From Mobula hypostoma (taxonomy: Eukaryota): a stretch of 64,000 nt of DNA. The translations under genes were made by a program, and so were the position numbers. The stretch covers positions 62,374,001 through 62,438,000 of the forward strand of contig NC_086108.1 of the NCBI RefSeq assembly GCF_963921235.1, given 5' to 3'. The notes beneath the pieces are model-generated. The model saw nothing but the letters and a program-made list of their open reading frames with translations, was not told where the DNA came from and ran no database searches. This document shows positions 40,434 to 52,052 of the stretch, in pieces (within the stretch, counting starts at the first letter, position 1; every line of letters begins with the position of its first letter).

Positions 40434-41759
40434 GATTTAGATCCAGATTTAAAATGGGAATGGGCAGTATTTTTTGGGGTCACAACACACTATGGCGGCA
40501 GCTGGAACCTTCAGGTGGGCCCTCACAAGCTCCTGCAGGCCTTGACTCTGTTAATGGTAGAAGTCATGTCTTTGAGAGATTCTGGTCCAGCTTGTCTTGA
40601 CAATTTGTTGCAGTCTATTTTGTAAGGGAGTGGGTGAAGGCATCTCAACACAAGATTACCTACAACTGAGATACATAAGGGCTTCTTACGGGGAGTGATG
40701 AATCTCTGCAAATTGCAACTCCAGATAGTTGTGGAGGCTAGATCACTGGAAGTACTTATACAGGAAGTAGATACATTTTTGAAACACCAGGGAATTGAAG
40801 GCACTGGTGAATAGAGACAGAAGAGAAAATGAAGCCTCGGACAGATCACCCATGACAATATTGAATGACAGGGTAGGATTGAGGAGCAGAGTAACCTACT
40901 CCTTATCCTATTTTGTTATGTCCTTGTTTTCCAATGGAAGAAGGATCATCAACATCCTGCTTTGTCTTCAATAGTATCTATCTTCTTTTGATCTTCTAGA
41001 TCAGTGAGGCTCCCAGCCATCTGATCTGCTCTTGTAGGCACAGTGCTTATGTGGCTAGACTTGTGAAAGTTCTCACCACTGGTGACTTTTGAGTTATTCA
41101 ACCATGCCATTGAAAACCAGGCAGATCTGGTTGGACTTCCTCTTGCTGAAGGTGGTCTCTGGTTGGAACTTGCGCGGCATGTATTACTTGCCACTTAACC
41201 AACCCAAGCTTGTTGCATGCAGCTATGGCCAGCTCTATTTTCTGAAGAGCTACAAATGGAAACCAACATTGTGAAGCCATCTGTGACTACCTTTACTTCT
41301 GAGCTTATGGTGGAGAAAATTTATAATGACAAAGCGCGTGAAGATGTTTGGGGGATAGAACAATGCCCAGAGGAACCCCTGAAGAGAATGGCCTCCATCA
41401 CTCGCAACCACTCTCATTTGTTCTGAGTATAACTCCAGCCAGTGAAGTATTATCCCCCAGATTTCCACTGACATCAATGTGATTAACATTTGTTCACACA
41501 ATCCTTTCCTGCCCTACTTTCAGGGGCAGTCACGCTCACCTCTCTTCTTGAAATCCCTGGGAGCAGAGCAAAGTCCAAATTGAGCTGCCCTAAGCTGATT
41601 GTTGAACAGTATGTACTGTTTTACATTGTCCTTATTTCAATGGTGATTCAACAGAAATTTTGGGGGTAGGAAATAATTAAAATGAATTGGTCTTGTGTTA
41701 AGTTTTGGCAAGGTATACTTGGGCAGACTTACACTTCATCACATTAGTGGGGGCAGTAT

Positions 41760-42705
41760 AGATGTGTGGTGGAACCTATAGTGACTGGCTGAACACAGCC
41801 TGGGGTGGAAACAGCAATGCCCTTGAATGGAAAATTCTACAAAGAGTAGTGGATACAGTCCAGTTCATCACAGGTAAAGCCCTCCCCACCATTGAGCACA
41901 TCTACATGGAGCATTGTTGCAGGAAAGCAACATTCATCATCAGGAACCCCCGACCCAGCACCAGGACCTGCTCTCTTCTTGCTGCTGCCATCAGGGAGAA
42001 GGTACAGGAGCCACTAGGTTTAGGAACAGTTATTACCCCTCAACCATCAGGTTCATGAATCAGAATCAGGTTTATTATCACCGGCAAGTGACGTGAAATT
42101 TGTTAATTTGGCAGCAGCAGTTCAATGCAATACATAATCTAGCAGAGAGAACAACAAGTAAATCAATTATGTATATTGAATAGATTTTTTAAAATGTGCA
42201 AAAACAGAAATACTGTATATTAAAAAAAAGTGAGGTAGTGTCCAAAGATTCAATGTCCATTTAGGAATCGGATGACAGAGGGGAAGAAGTTGTTCCTGAG
42301 TGGCTGAGTGTGTGCCTTCAGGCTTCTATATCTCCTACCCAATGATACCAGTGAGAAAAGGGCATGCCCTGGGTTCTGGCGGTCCTTAATAATGGACGCT
42401 GCCTTTCTGAGACAGAGGGATAACTTCACTCAACTTCACTTGCCCCATCTCTGACTTGTTGCCACAGCCTATGAACTCACTTTCAAGGACTCTCGCTCTC
42501 ATGTTCTCGATTACTATTGTTGCTATTTCGCTTTTGCTTTCTGTTTGTATTTGCACAGTTTGTTGTCTTTCGTGCACTGGTTGTCTGCCCTGTTGGTGCC
42601 CTCTTTCATTGATTCTATTATGGCTATTAGACTTATTGAGTATGCCCACAAGAAAGTTAATCTTAGGATCCATGATGAAATATATGTACTTTGAACCAGA
42701 TTGAA
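41760..42705. mobile_element. Rex1/Babar 3' fragment (+) with a nested second Rex1 3' end (minus, about 42057-42412)
   Basis: LQRVVDTVQFITGKALPTIEHIY on the + strand; GAATCAGAATCAG tail marks the nested minus copy. Confidence 0.75.
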
Positions 42706-43195
42706 GATTTACATATTTTCATTTTACTTCTTGACTAAATTCTTCACCTCCCTCAATATCCAATATTCTCTTACTTTGCCATCCTTGTCTTTCCTTCTGA
42801 CTGGAACATAACTGTCCTGTACTATTGGTCTTTAAAGACCCTCTACATGTCAGTTGAGGACTTGCCCAAAAATGGCTGTTCCCAATTACCTCTCCCTAGT
42901 TGCTGCCTAATGCTCCCATAATTTGTCCCGCTCCAATATAATACTCTTCCACAAGGTCCATGCATACCCTTATCTGTAACTACCTTGAAACTTGTAGAGT
43001 TGTGGTCACTGTTCCCTGACTGCTCACCTACTGAAAAGTAGGTCACTTGGCCATGCCCATTACCCAGTAGCAGGCCCAATACAATCCCTCTTGTTGTTGG
43101 ACTATCTACATATAGATTGAAGAAACCCTACTGAATACACCTAACAAATTCTGCTCCATCTAAACCTCTTGCACTATGAAAATCCCAATTTATAA

Positions 43196-46100
43196 GTCCA
43201 GTGAAGGAGTGGAGCTTTGAGGCTTTAGCTCGAGCAGTTTAGACAGTTGGATTGTGCAATCAAGTTAATCAAGATTTGAATAGCTCAGACTCAGCAGAAA
43301 GTAGCTGAACAGGCAATCGAGGTCAGGTGACCAAGCAGTTTGATTGGGCAATCGAAAATTGAAAAGCTCAAACAAATAAAAAGAGAGGTAGCTCAAGCAG
43401 AGCAGCCAGTGAAGGAGTGGAGCTTTGAGGCTTTGGCTTGAGAGGCTTCGGCGAGAAGAGGCGGAGACGAGCTTTCTCCAAGAGTGCTAATGCCGGGGAA
43501 GTTATTTAATGAATTTAATTAACTTAGGAGTTGGTAATGGAGGCAGTAGATAGGGCAGTCCAGTGCTCCGATTGTCGGATGTGGGAAGTCAGGGACGGCG
43601 GAGTTGTCTCTGAGAACAGCAGCACCTGTTAAAACGAGTTCGGAAACTGGAGCTGGAGCTGGATGAACTTCGGATCATTCGGGAGGCAGAGGCAGTAATA
43701 GATCAGAGTTTCAGGGAGGCAGTCACCCCTAAAAGTCAGGAGACAGGTAACTGAGTGACTGTCAGGAGAGGGAAGGGGAATGGACAGAAAGAGCAGAGCA
43801 TCCCTGTGGCTGTTCCCATGAACAATAAGTATACTGTTTTGGATACTGTTGGTGGGGATGATCTACCAGGGATAAGTTGTAATGGTCGTGTCTCTGGCAC
43901 CGAGACTGGACCCTCAGCTCAGAAAGGAAGGAGGGAAAAGAGGGGAGCAGTAGTGATAGGGGATTCGATAGTTAGGGGGACAGATAAGAGGTTCTGTGGG
44001 AGAGATCAAGAATCCCAGATGATCTGTTGTCTCCCTGGTGCCAGGGTCTGCGATATCTCGGATCGAGTTCTCGGTATTCTCAGGAGAGAGAGTGAGCAGA
44101 CAGATATTGTGGTCCACGTGGGGACCAATGACATAGATAGGAGTAGGGATGAGGTCCTGAAGAAGGAATATAGGGAGTTAGGAAAGAAGTTAAAAAGCAG
44201 GACCTCAAGAGTGGTAATCTCGGAATTGCTGCCTGTGCCACGAGACAGAGAGGGTAGGAACAGGAAGTTATGGCAGATGAATGTGTGGCTGAAGAGTTGG
44301 TGCAGGAGGCAGGGGTTCAGATTTCTGGATCATTGGGATCTCTTCTGGGGAAGGTCTGACCTGTACAAAAAGGATGGGCTGCACCTGAACTGGAAAGGGA
44401 CCAATATCCTGGCGGGCAGGTTTGCTAGAGCTGTTGGGGAGGGTTTGAACTTGTTTGGCAGGGGGGTGGGAATCAGAATGTGAGTGCAGAGATTAGGGTA
44501 GAAGGACAAGGGCATGATGCTATGTGTTCTGAGTTGGTGAGGAAGGACAGGCAAGGGACAAAGCATAAATGTAGCCAGTTAGAGGGGTTGAAATGTGTCC
44601 ATTTCAGTGCTAGGAGTATTAGGAATAAAGGGGATGAACTTAGACCATGGATCAGTACGTGGAACTACGATGTTGTGGCCATTACTGAAACTTGGCTGGA
44701 GGAAGGGCAGGATTGGCTGATGCAGGTACCGGGGTTTAGGTGTTTTAAGAGGAATAGGATGGGAGGTAGAAAAGGGGTGGGGGGGTGTAGCATTACTGGT
44801 CAGGGATATTATCACGGCTAGAGAAAGGGAGGACGCTGCAGAGGGAGTGTCCACTGAGTCAGTGTGGGTGGAAGTCAGAAATAGGAAGGGATCAATCACT
44901 GTGCTGGGAGAAGTCTATAGGCCCCCAAATAGCCCATGGGAGACTGAGGAGCAGATAAGCAGGCAGATTTTAGAATGGTGCAGGAAATACAGGGTCGTAG
45001 TTATGGGTGATTTCAACTTCTCTCATATTGACTGGCACCTCCTGACTGCAAGGGGGATAGATGGGCTGAATTTGTCAGGTGTGTTCAAGAAGGATTCCTG
45101 ACACAGTATGTGGACCGGCCGACGAGAGGAGAGGCCATACTGGATCTAGTTCTGGGTAATGAACCTGGTCAGGTGGCAGACCTCTTGGTGGGGGAGCATT
45201 TTGGTGAGATTGACCACAACTCCCTTAGCTTCAGCAAAGCTATGGAAAAGGATAAAAACAGACAAAATGGGAAAGTGCTTAACTGGGGAAGGGCTAACTA
45301 TGAAGGGACGAGGCAGGAACTAGCGAGAGTAAATTGGAAACAGATGTTCAAGGGTGAAAGCACAGAAGTAATGTGGAGGAAGTTTAGGGGCCACTTGTGC
45401 TGGGTTCAGTACAGGTTTGTCCCACTGAGACAAGGCAAAAATGGTAGGAAAAGGGAACCCTGGCTGACGAAACACGTGAGGCAACTCGTCAAGAGGAAGA
45501 AGGAAGCATATGTTAGATGCAGGAAGCAGGAGGGGCTCATGAGAAATACAGGGTAGCCAGGAAGGAGCTTAAGAAAGGACTTAGGAGAGCTCGAAGGGGC
45601 CATGAGCAGGCCTTGGCATGTAGGATTAAGGATGATCCCAAGGCGTTCTGTGCGTATGTGAACAGAAGGATGACAAGAATGAAGGTGGGGCCGCTAAAGG
45701 ATAAAGAAGGCAACATGTGCGTGGAGGCAGAGGAGGTTGGGGAGGTCCTAAATGAATAATTTGCTTCCGTATTCACAAGTGAAAAGGACATTGATCAGGG
45801 TGATGTAGAAATTGAACAGGTCTGTATGCTGGACAATGTGGAGATTAAGGAAGAAGAAATGTTGAGTCTTCTTAAAAACATCAAGATTGCTAAGTCCCCA
45901 GGGCCGGACGTGATATACCCCAGGTTGCTGTGGGAAGTGAGAGAAGAGATCGCTGGTGCTGGAGGATTGGAGAATAGCAAATGTAGTTCCCTTGTTTAAA
46001 AAAGGTAATAGGGAAAATCCTAGGAACTATAGACCGGTGAGTCTTGCGTCGGTGGTCTGCAATCTATTGGAAAGGACTCTTAAGGATAGGATCTACGAGC

Positions 46101-47417
46101 ATTTGGAGAAGTACAGTCTACTCAAGGATAGTCAACATGGCTTTGTGAAGGGAAGGTCATGCCTCATGAGCCTAATTGAGTTTTTTGAAGAGATAACAAA
46201 AGAAATTGACGAGGATAGGGCGGTAGATGTGGTCTACATGGATTTTAGCAAGGCATTTGACAAGGTCCCCCACGAGAGACTCATCCAGAAAGTCATGAGG
46301 CATGGGATCAGTGGAACCTTGGCTGCTTGGATAAAAAATTGGCTTACAGGAAGAAAGCAGAGGGTAGTAGTGGAAGGAAAGTATTCTGCCTGGAGGTCGG
46401 TGACTAGTGGAGTGCCGCAAGGATCGGTCCTGGGACCGCTGCTCTTTGTGATTTTTATAAATGACCTGGATGAAGAGGCGGAAGGATGGGTGAGTAAGTT
46501 TGCGGATGACATGAAGATTGGAGGAGTTGTGGATGGAGCTGTAGGTTGTCGAAGAGGATATAGACAGGATGCAGAGTTGGGCAGAAAAGTGGCAGATGGA
46601 GTTCAATCCGGATAAGTGTGAGGTGATGCATTTTGGAAGGACAAACCAGAAGGCTGAGTACAGGGTTAATGGTCAGTTACCTAAGAGTGTGGATGAACAG
46701 AGGGACCTTGTGGTTCAAATCCATAATCCCTCAAGGTCACTGCACAGGTTGATAGGATAGTTAAGAAGGCCTATGGGATGCTGAGTTTCATTAATAGGGG
46801 GATTGAGTTCAAGAGTAGAGAGGTCATGTTGCAACTCTACAAATCTCTGGTGAGACCACACTTAGGGTATTGTGTTCAGTTCTGGTCACTTCATTATAGG
46901 AAGGATATGGAAGCTATGGAGAGGATGCAGAGGAGGTTTACCAGGATGTTGCCTGGATTGGAAAACAAGTCTTCTGAGGCAAGGTTAGCAGAGCTGGGAC
47001 TTTTCTCTTTGGACTGTAGAAGGATGAGAGGGGACTTGATAGAGGTCTACAAGATTATGAGAGGCACGATAGGGTGGCTAGCCAGTACCTGTTTCCCAGG
47101 GCACGAATAGAAAACATCAGAGGGCATATGTACAAAGTTAAGAGAGGGAAGTTCAGGGGAGACATCAGGGGTAAGTTTTTTACACAGAGGGTTGTGAGTG
47201 CTTGGAATGACTTGTCAGGGATGGTGGTGGAGGCTAAAACATTAGGGATATTTAAGATCCTCTTGGACAGGCACATGGATGAAAGAAAAATAGAGGGTTA
47301 CGGGGTAGTGTGAGTTTAGTACTTTTTTTGAGGAATATGTTGGTTGACACAACGTCAAGGGCCGAAGGGCCTGTACTGTGCTGTAGTATTCTAGTGTCTA
47401 GTGTCTAGTGTTTAGTG
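43196..47417 (+). mobile_element. Full-length-like CR1 LINE (5' UTR, ORF1 from ATG 43537, ORF2, tail), multiply disabled
   Basis: MEAVDRAVQCSDCRMWEV; esterase GDSIVR/GTND/DGLHLN; APE and RT motifs; (CTAGTGT)n tail at 47390-47417. Confidence 0.96.
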
Positions 47418-47831
47418 TTATTTTAGGGATTCTGAACTCGCCCATGACAACACCCCTATTGTTTTTACATCTTTCTTTGATTTGCCTCAATATCCTCAAA
47501 TGTCCTGGAGGGTCTATAATGCAATCAGAACAGAGTGATTGCACCTTTCCTATCTTCGAGTTCTATCCATATAGATTCGATGAACGAGTCTTCCAATATG
47601 TCCGTCCTCGGCGCAGCAGTGATATTGTCCCTCGTTAATAGTGCAACTCCTCCGCCACCTCTTTTACCTTGCTGAATGCCTTGTCGAAAATAGCAAAGCC
47701 ATTGGACATGCAGAGCCCATTCCTGTTCCTCTCTAAACCAAGTCTCTGTAATGGCCACAACATCATAGTTCTATGTACAGAACTGTACTCCCAGGTCATG
47801 AACTTAGCATAAAATATTCCCAGCATTAAAA

Positions 47832-48270
47832 TAGATAGATAGATAGATAGATATACTTCATTGATCCCGAGGGAAACTGGGTTTCGTTACAGCCGCACCA
47901 ACCAAGAATAGAGCATAAATATAGCAATACAAAAACCACAAACAATCAAACAACAAAATGCAAACTATGCCAGATGGAAAAAAATCCAGGACCAGTCTAT
48001 TGGCTCAGGGTGTCTGACCCTCCACGGGAGGGGCTGCGTTCGACCCCCCCGTGCCACCCAGTGTTGTACCTCGGTGGAATGTGGCCGAAGTCCAACAGTA
48101 AAAAGTTCAATATCAGGTCTACAAACATGTTCCTCGATCGTAATATGACCCGGATTGCACCATCTGTTGTTAACCAGAACAGTAAGCACCCAACTCCTTT
48201 ACGCTTACAGCTCTCAGTGCACTTCCGGTCAGCCGGAACAGTCTGGAAGCCGTCCATGGAGAAGTTTTGA
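47832..48270 (-). mobile_element. Internally deleted Rex1/Babar LINE (endonuclease piece fused to 3' UTR)
   Basis: NFSMDGFQTVPADRK and VLVNNRWCNPGHITIEEHVCRPDIELFTVGLRP joined to a 3' UTR with a (CTAT)n tail. Confidence 0.75.
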
Positions 48271-49371
48271 TCATATCTATCATATCTATTACTTTGCGTT
48301 TGCCTGTTTTTACTGGCCTTGATTCTACTTTCCTCTGCATTCCTCCACTTCGGGATCTTATGCTCTGGTTCCCATCCCTCTGCCAAACTATTTCAACCCT
48401 CCCGAGTAGCCCTAGTGTGCCTCCCAGCCAGGATATGGGCTCGCCTCCAGTTTATCTGAATACTGTCTCTATTATACAGGTCACCTCTGCCCTCGAAAAT
48501 GTAGCAATGATCCAACAACCTGAAACCCTGATCCTGCCCCAGTTCCTCAGCCACTTACTCATCAATACTAGTATCCTATTCCTGCCCAGAACATGGCACC
48601 AGGACTAATCTAGAGATTACTACCTTGGAGGTCCTACTCTTCAGCCTCTTTCCTAACTCCATATACTCTCTGTGCGGGACCACTTCCCCTTTCTGATGAC
48701 ATCATTAGAGACAAAGTACACCATTCCCCCCAGCAGTATCCAAAGGGTTACTGAGGGGGAATGACCACAGGAGAACCCTGCACTGACTACTTACTCCCAT
48801 TATGTCTCCTGGTGCTCACCTATCCATGATCTGAAACCTACGCTCTGGGCGTGGCCAACTCAATACAAGTTTAATCTATGAGGTTTACAGCCTCCCGGAT
48901 CCCCCTGAGTCCGTCCAGCTCCAGCTTCAATTCTTTCACCTTGTCAGTCAGGAGCTGACGTTGGGTGCGCTTCGTGTAGTCATCAGTGAGACTGTCAGGT
49001 ACTCTGAAGTCCCACATCTCGCAAGAGAAGCATTCCACTCCCTTAACCATCTTGCCCACATTGAACAAAGGACTGAGGATTACAGACAATAAAAATAGCT
49101 TACCTCTTCTTACCTGTGCCTTCCCTCTGAAAACATTATGTTTTGTACTCATCGAGGCCACTTACTCAGTGTCCTCTTCCCGAGCTTTTTATATTTTCAT
49201 CTCCACCTTCTCAAGCCCAGGTTCTACAATCAAAACAAATGATATCAAACCACTCAGCACCCTTAGCCTCTGCCCATTTTCACCAAAGCCTATTGAGCCA
49301 AAGCCTGAGCTTTGTAACAGTCCAATCTTTACAAAGTTAGATCATTCACAAACATATGAAAACCAATATAA

Positions 49372-49536
49372 TCAAATCTCTTACTAACTCTTCCTTCAGT
49401 TAGTTCTGACGAAGGGTCTCGGCCTGAAACGTTGACAGTACCTCTTCCTAGAAATGCTGGCTGGCCTGCTGCCTTCACCAGCAACTTTGATGTGTGTTGC
49501 TTGAATTTCCAGCATCTGCAGAATTCCTGTTGTTTG
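49372..49536 (+). mobile_element. Penelope pLTR 3' fragment with hammerhead
   Basis: Same family as 27906-28575. Confidence 0.85.
49402..49437 (+). ncRNA. Minimal type I hammerhead ribozyme motif with intact core
   Basis: AGUU-CUGACGA-AGGGUCUCGGCCU-GAAAC-GUU-GACA; NUH triplet GUU. Confidence 0.75.
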
Positions 49537-50569
49537 CATAATTAATATTGATAATGTTTTCTCATCTTTTTACCTTGTTGTAGATCCCTTGATTTACTGC
49601 TCAAAGTGATAACTCTTTGTATTTTACATCCAAATCACAAATCAGTGTCTCTCAGTGTGTACACAGGCATGGCTATTATGCTGGTGATTGTGAAGCCTTG
49701 GCTCAAGTGAATGCTTTCAGATGGTTGGAGTGTGCCACAGTATTATCTTAACCAGATGAATGATATCATTGAATGTTTCATGCCACCAGCATCAGGTCTA
49801 CAATGATTCATTCCTGATATTTAGACTTCTTCCCTGTACGTGCCTCTTCCACTGAGAACTTCGTGGGGTTCTCCAGACAAAGCTTTCTGCTCTCCACCTT
49901 ATCATTGAGACTATTAAGGTTCTTGTCTCTAAACTGGGGATCCCCTCCCTCTCCAGTCAAGGCAGTGTGTAAACCCCTGAACAATTCCTGCAGCTGGGGT
50001 AGACTTAAGTCCGCCTGCACTTTAAGAGCTGGATATCAGACACTGAGCAGCACGGGATCAGTCTCACAGGGTTGATGACATTCATTTAATAGTAAGCAGT
50101 TAAAAAATCAAGACATCATGTGTTTGAAACATGCGCCTGTTCTTGCATGAGGACTGCATAGAAAGTGGTGCTCCGACCGTCAAACACATGCCCTCCAGGC
50201 AAGCGAAGCTTGCTGATATGATCGAAAGGATGTGTAACTTTCTGACCTTAACTTGCACTTGTTTAATGTTATTGAAATGTGGAAGCAGATTTACTTGGAG
50301 GATGCACTGCAGTAACTTGAACTATACTCCGCCACAAACAGAAATGTAAGATCACTGAGCAAGGAGCAACAGTTTATTTTCAGTGTTGAGTTTTCAAGTA
50401 ACTGGAAAGAGATTGCAGTGTTAAGGATGGGGAGGAAGACAAGTACAACCTCCTCTGGATAAGAGATATTTAAATCTGAGTTTGCGTTACTTTAGTCTTT
50501 GATCTTTATAACTTTTGCTTAATCTGGCTTCCTGAATGAATTGTGGTGAATTCCAACAAAAAACATCAA

Positions 50570-50950
50570 CAAAACAATGTGTATTTAAATGGCTCTTCTG
50601 ACAGAGAAAATTCTTTGATGGCTAAACAGGTTTGGAGAAGGACTTCCAGATGGGGAGCTGGGCAGCTGAAGGCAGAGCCACAACTGTGAGACGAAGGAAA
50701 GGGCAGATGAGGAGATCAGTGTTACAGGAACAAACATTGACAGCCGGGGGCTGCAGTGTTGTAGATCACAGAGATAGGCTGAAACAATGTAAGCATAGAC
50801 ATGAGAATTTTAAATGTGAGGCTCTGGAGCCTGGATCCAATGCCAGAATAGGGCTGATGAACAAACTGAACTTGCAGGAGAAATCATGACCAGTTTAGAT
50901 GGATTCTGCTTAATGATTGAAGGTTGGGATTCCGGCCAACAGAATGGTGT
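50570..50950 (-). mobile_element. Highly degenerate L2-like LINE 3' fragment
   Basis: GACTTCCAGATGGGGAGCTGGGCAGCTGAAGGCAGAGCCAC resembles antisense L2 ORF2 C-terminal sequence as recalled. Confidence 0.45.
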
Positions 50951-51212
50951 TTCCATGTGAATTTCTCTCAGCCTGCTGTTGTAAATTCATCAGTAGTTTG
51001 GCTGAAATCTCTCCAGAAGTGATTTGCATGTATGATTTGAACCATATAAACTAAGACTTTTAGTACTCCGCTTGCCACAATATACTCTCCATCTGTAGAC
51101 TGCTCCTGTTTCTGAAATTTTGAAGTTCAAAGTAAATGTATTATCAATTAACATATATTTCACCATATACAACTCTGAGATTCATTTTCTTGCTGGCATT
51201 TGGAGTAAATAT

Positions 51213-51531
51213 TAAATTAAAGGCATCCATTAGTCTTGCGAGACCATGGATCTGCGCCTGGAAAGCCTTCACTCTCCAGGGCGCACGCCTGGGCAAGGTT
51301 GTATGGCAGACCGGTAGTTGCCCATGCTGCAAGTCTCCCCTCTCCACGCCACCGATGTTGTCCAAGGGAACGGCATCAGGACCCATACAGCTTGGCACCA
51401 GTGTCATCGCAGAGCACTGTGTGATTAAATGCATTGCTCAAGGACACAACACATTGCCTCGGCTGGGGCTCGAACTCACGACCTTCAGATCGCTAGTCGA
51501 ATGCCTTAACCACTTGGCCACGTGCCCACGC
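51213..51531 (-). mobile_element. Complete tRNA-derived SINE with CORE-like central domain
   Basis: A box TGGCCAAGTGG, B box GTTCGAGCC, CORE-like TGTGTCCTTGAGCAATGCATTTAATC, (TTTAA)n-like tail; TSD TAAATAT at 51206-51212 and 51532-51538; nested in a Rex1-type 3' UTR (about 51115-51775). Confidence 0.88.
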
Positions 51532-51852
51532 TAAATATAAGAAACATAATTGAATCAGTGAAAGACTGCGCTCAGTAGGACGGGCAAACAACCAATGTGC
51601 AAAAGACAACAAATTGTACAAATCCAAAAGCAAAAATAATAATAATAATAAATAAGCAATAAATATTGAGAGCATCAGATGAAGAGTCCTTGAAAGTGAG
51701 CCCAGTGGTTGTGGGAACAGTTCAGTAATAGGGTGAATGAGGATGTGAAGTTACCCACTCTGGTTCAAGAGCTGAGTTCAATACTTTCCTGTTTTCCCCT
51801 TGTCCCTCATAAAAATGTTAACTTCCATCAGTTGCTCCCCTTTCTCCAAGTT

Positions 51853-52052
51853 CAAGGGGCACAGACTTGAGTTTTTCCTCTTCACCTGTCCCCTATACAA
51901 GGGGCACAGATGTGATTTGAACCCCTTCTCCTTTCCCCCGTACAAGGAGCACAGACTTGAGTTGTTCCTCTTCACCTTTCCCCCTGTACAAGGGGCACAG
52001 ACGTGAACTGATCCCCTTCACCTTTCCCCTGTACAAAGGGCACAGACTTGAG
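51853..52052. repeat. 45-bp minisatellite, about 4.5 copies, alternating A/B units
   Basis: CAAGGGGCACAGA-like starts at 51853, 51898, 51943, 51989 and 52034. Confidence 0.9.

Larger units (their letters stand above)
42720..49050 (-). mobile_element. Old CR1 5' half (ORF1 + endonuclease) split into three pieces: 42720-43195, 47418-47830, 48272-49050
   Basis: VECFSCEMW..LKLELDGLRGIREA, AITETWFRE..GGGVALL and SDHNSTSF; sequence is collinear across two insertions. Confidence 0.8.

Noticed and set aside
49808..50075. 70-aa minus-strand ORF in apparently unique sequence
   Set aside because: No recognisable domain or clear splice boundaries; at most a faint resemblance to a Tx1/L1 C-terminus.
51460..51531. 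tRNA gene
   Set aside because: It is the head of a SINE with body, tail and TSD, and lacks a complete acceptor stem.
51853..52052. CRISPR-like repeat/spacer pattern
   Set aside because: The spacers are themselves repeated, the context is eukaryotic and there are no cas genes.
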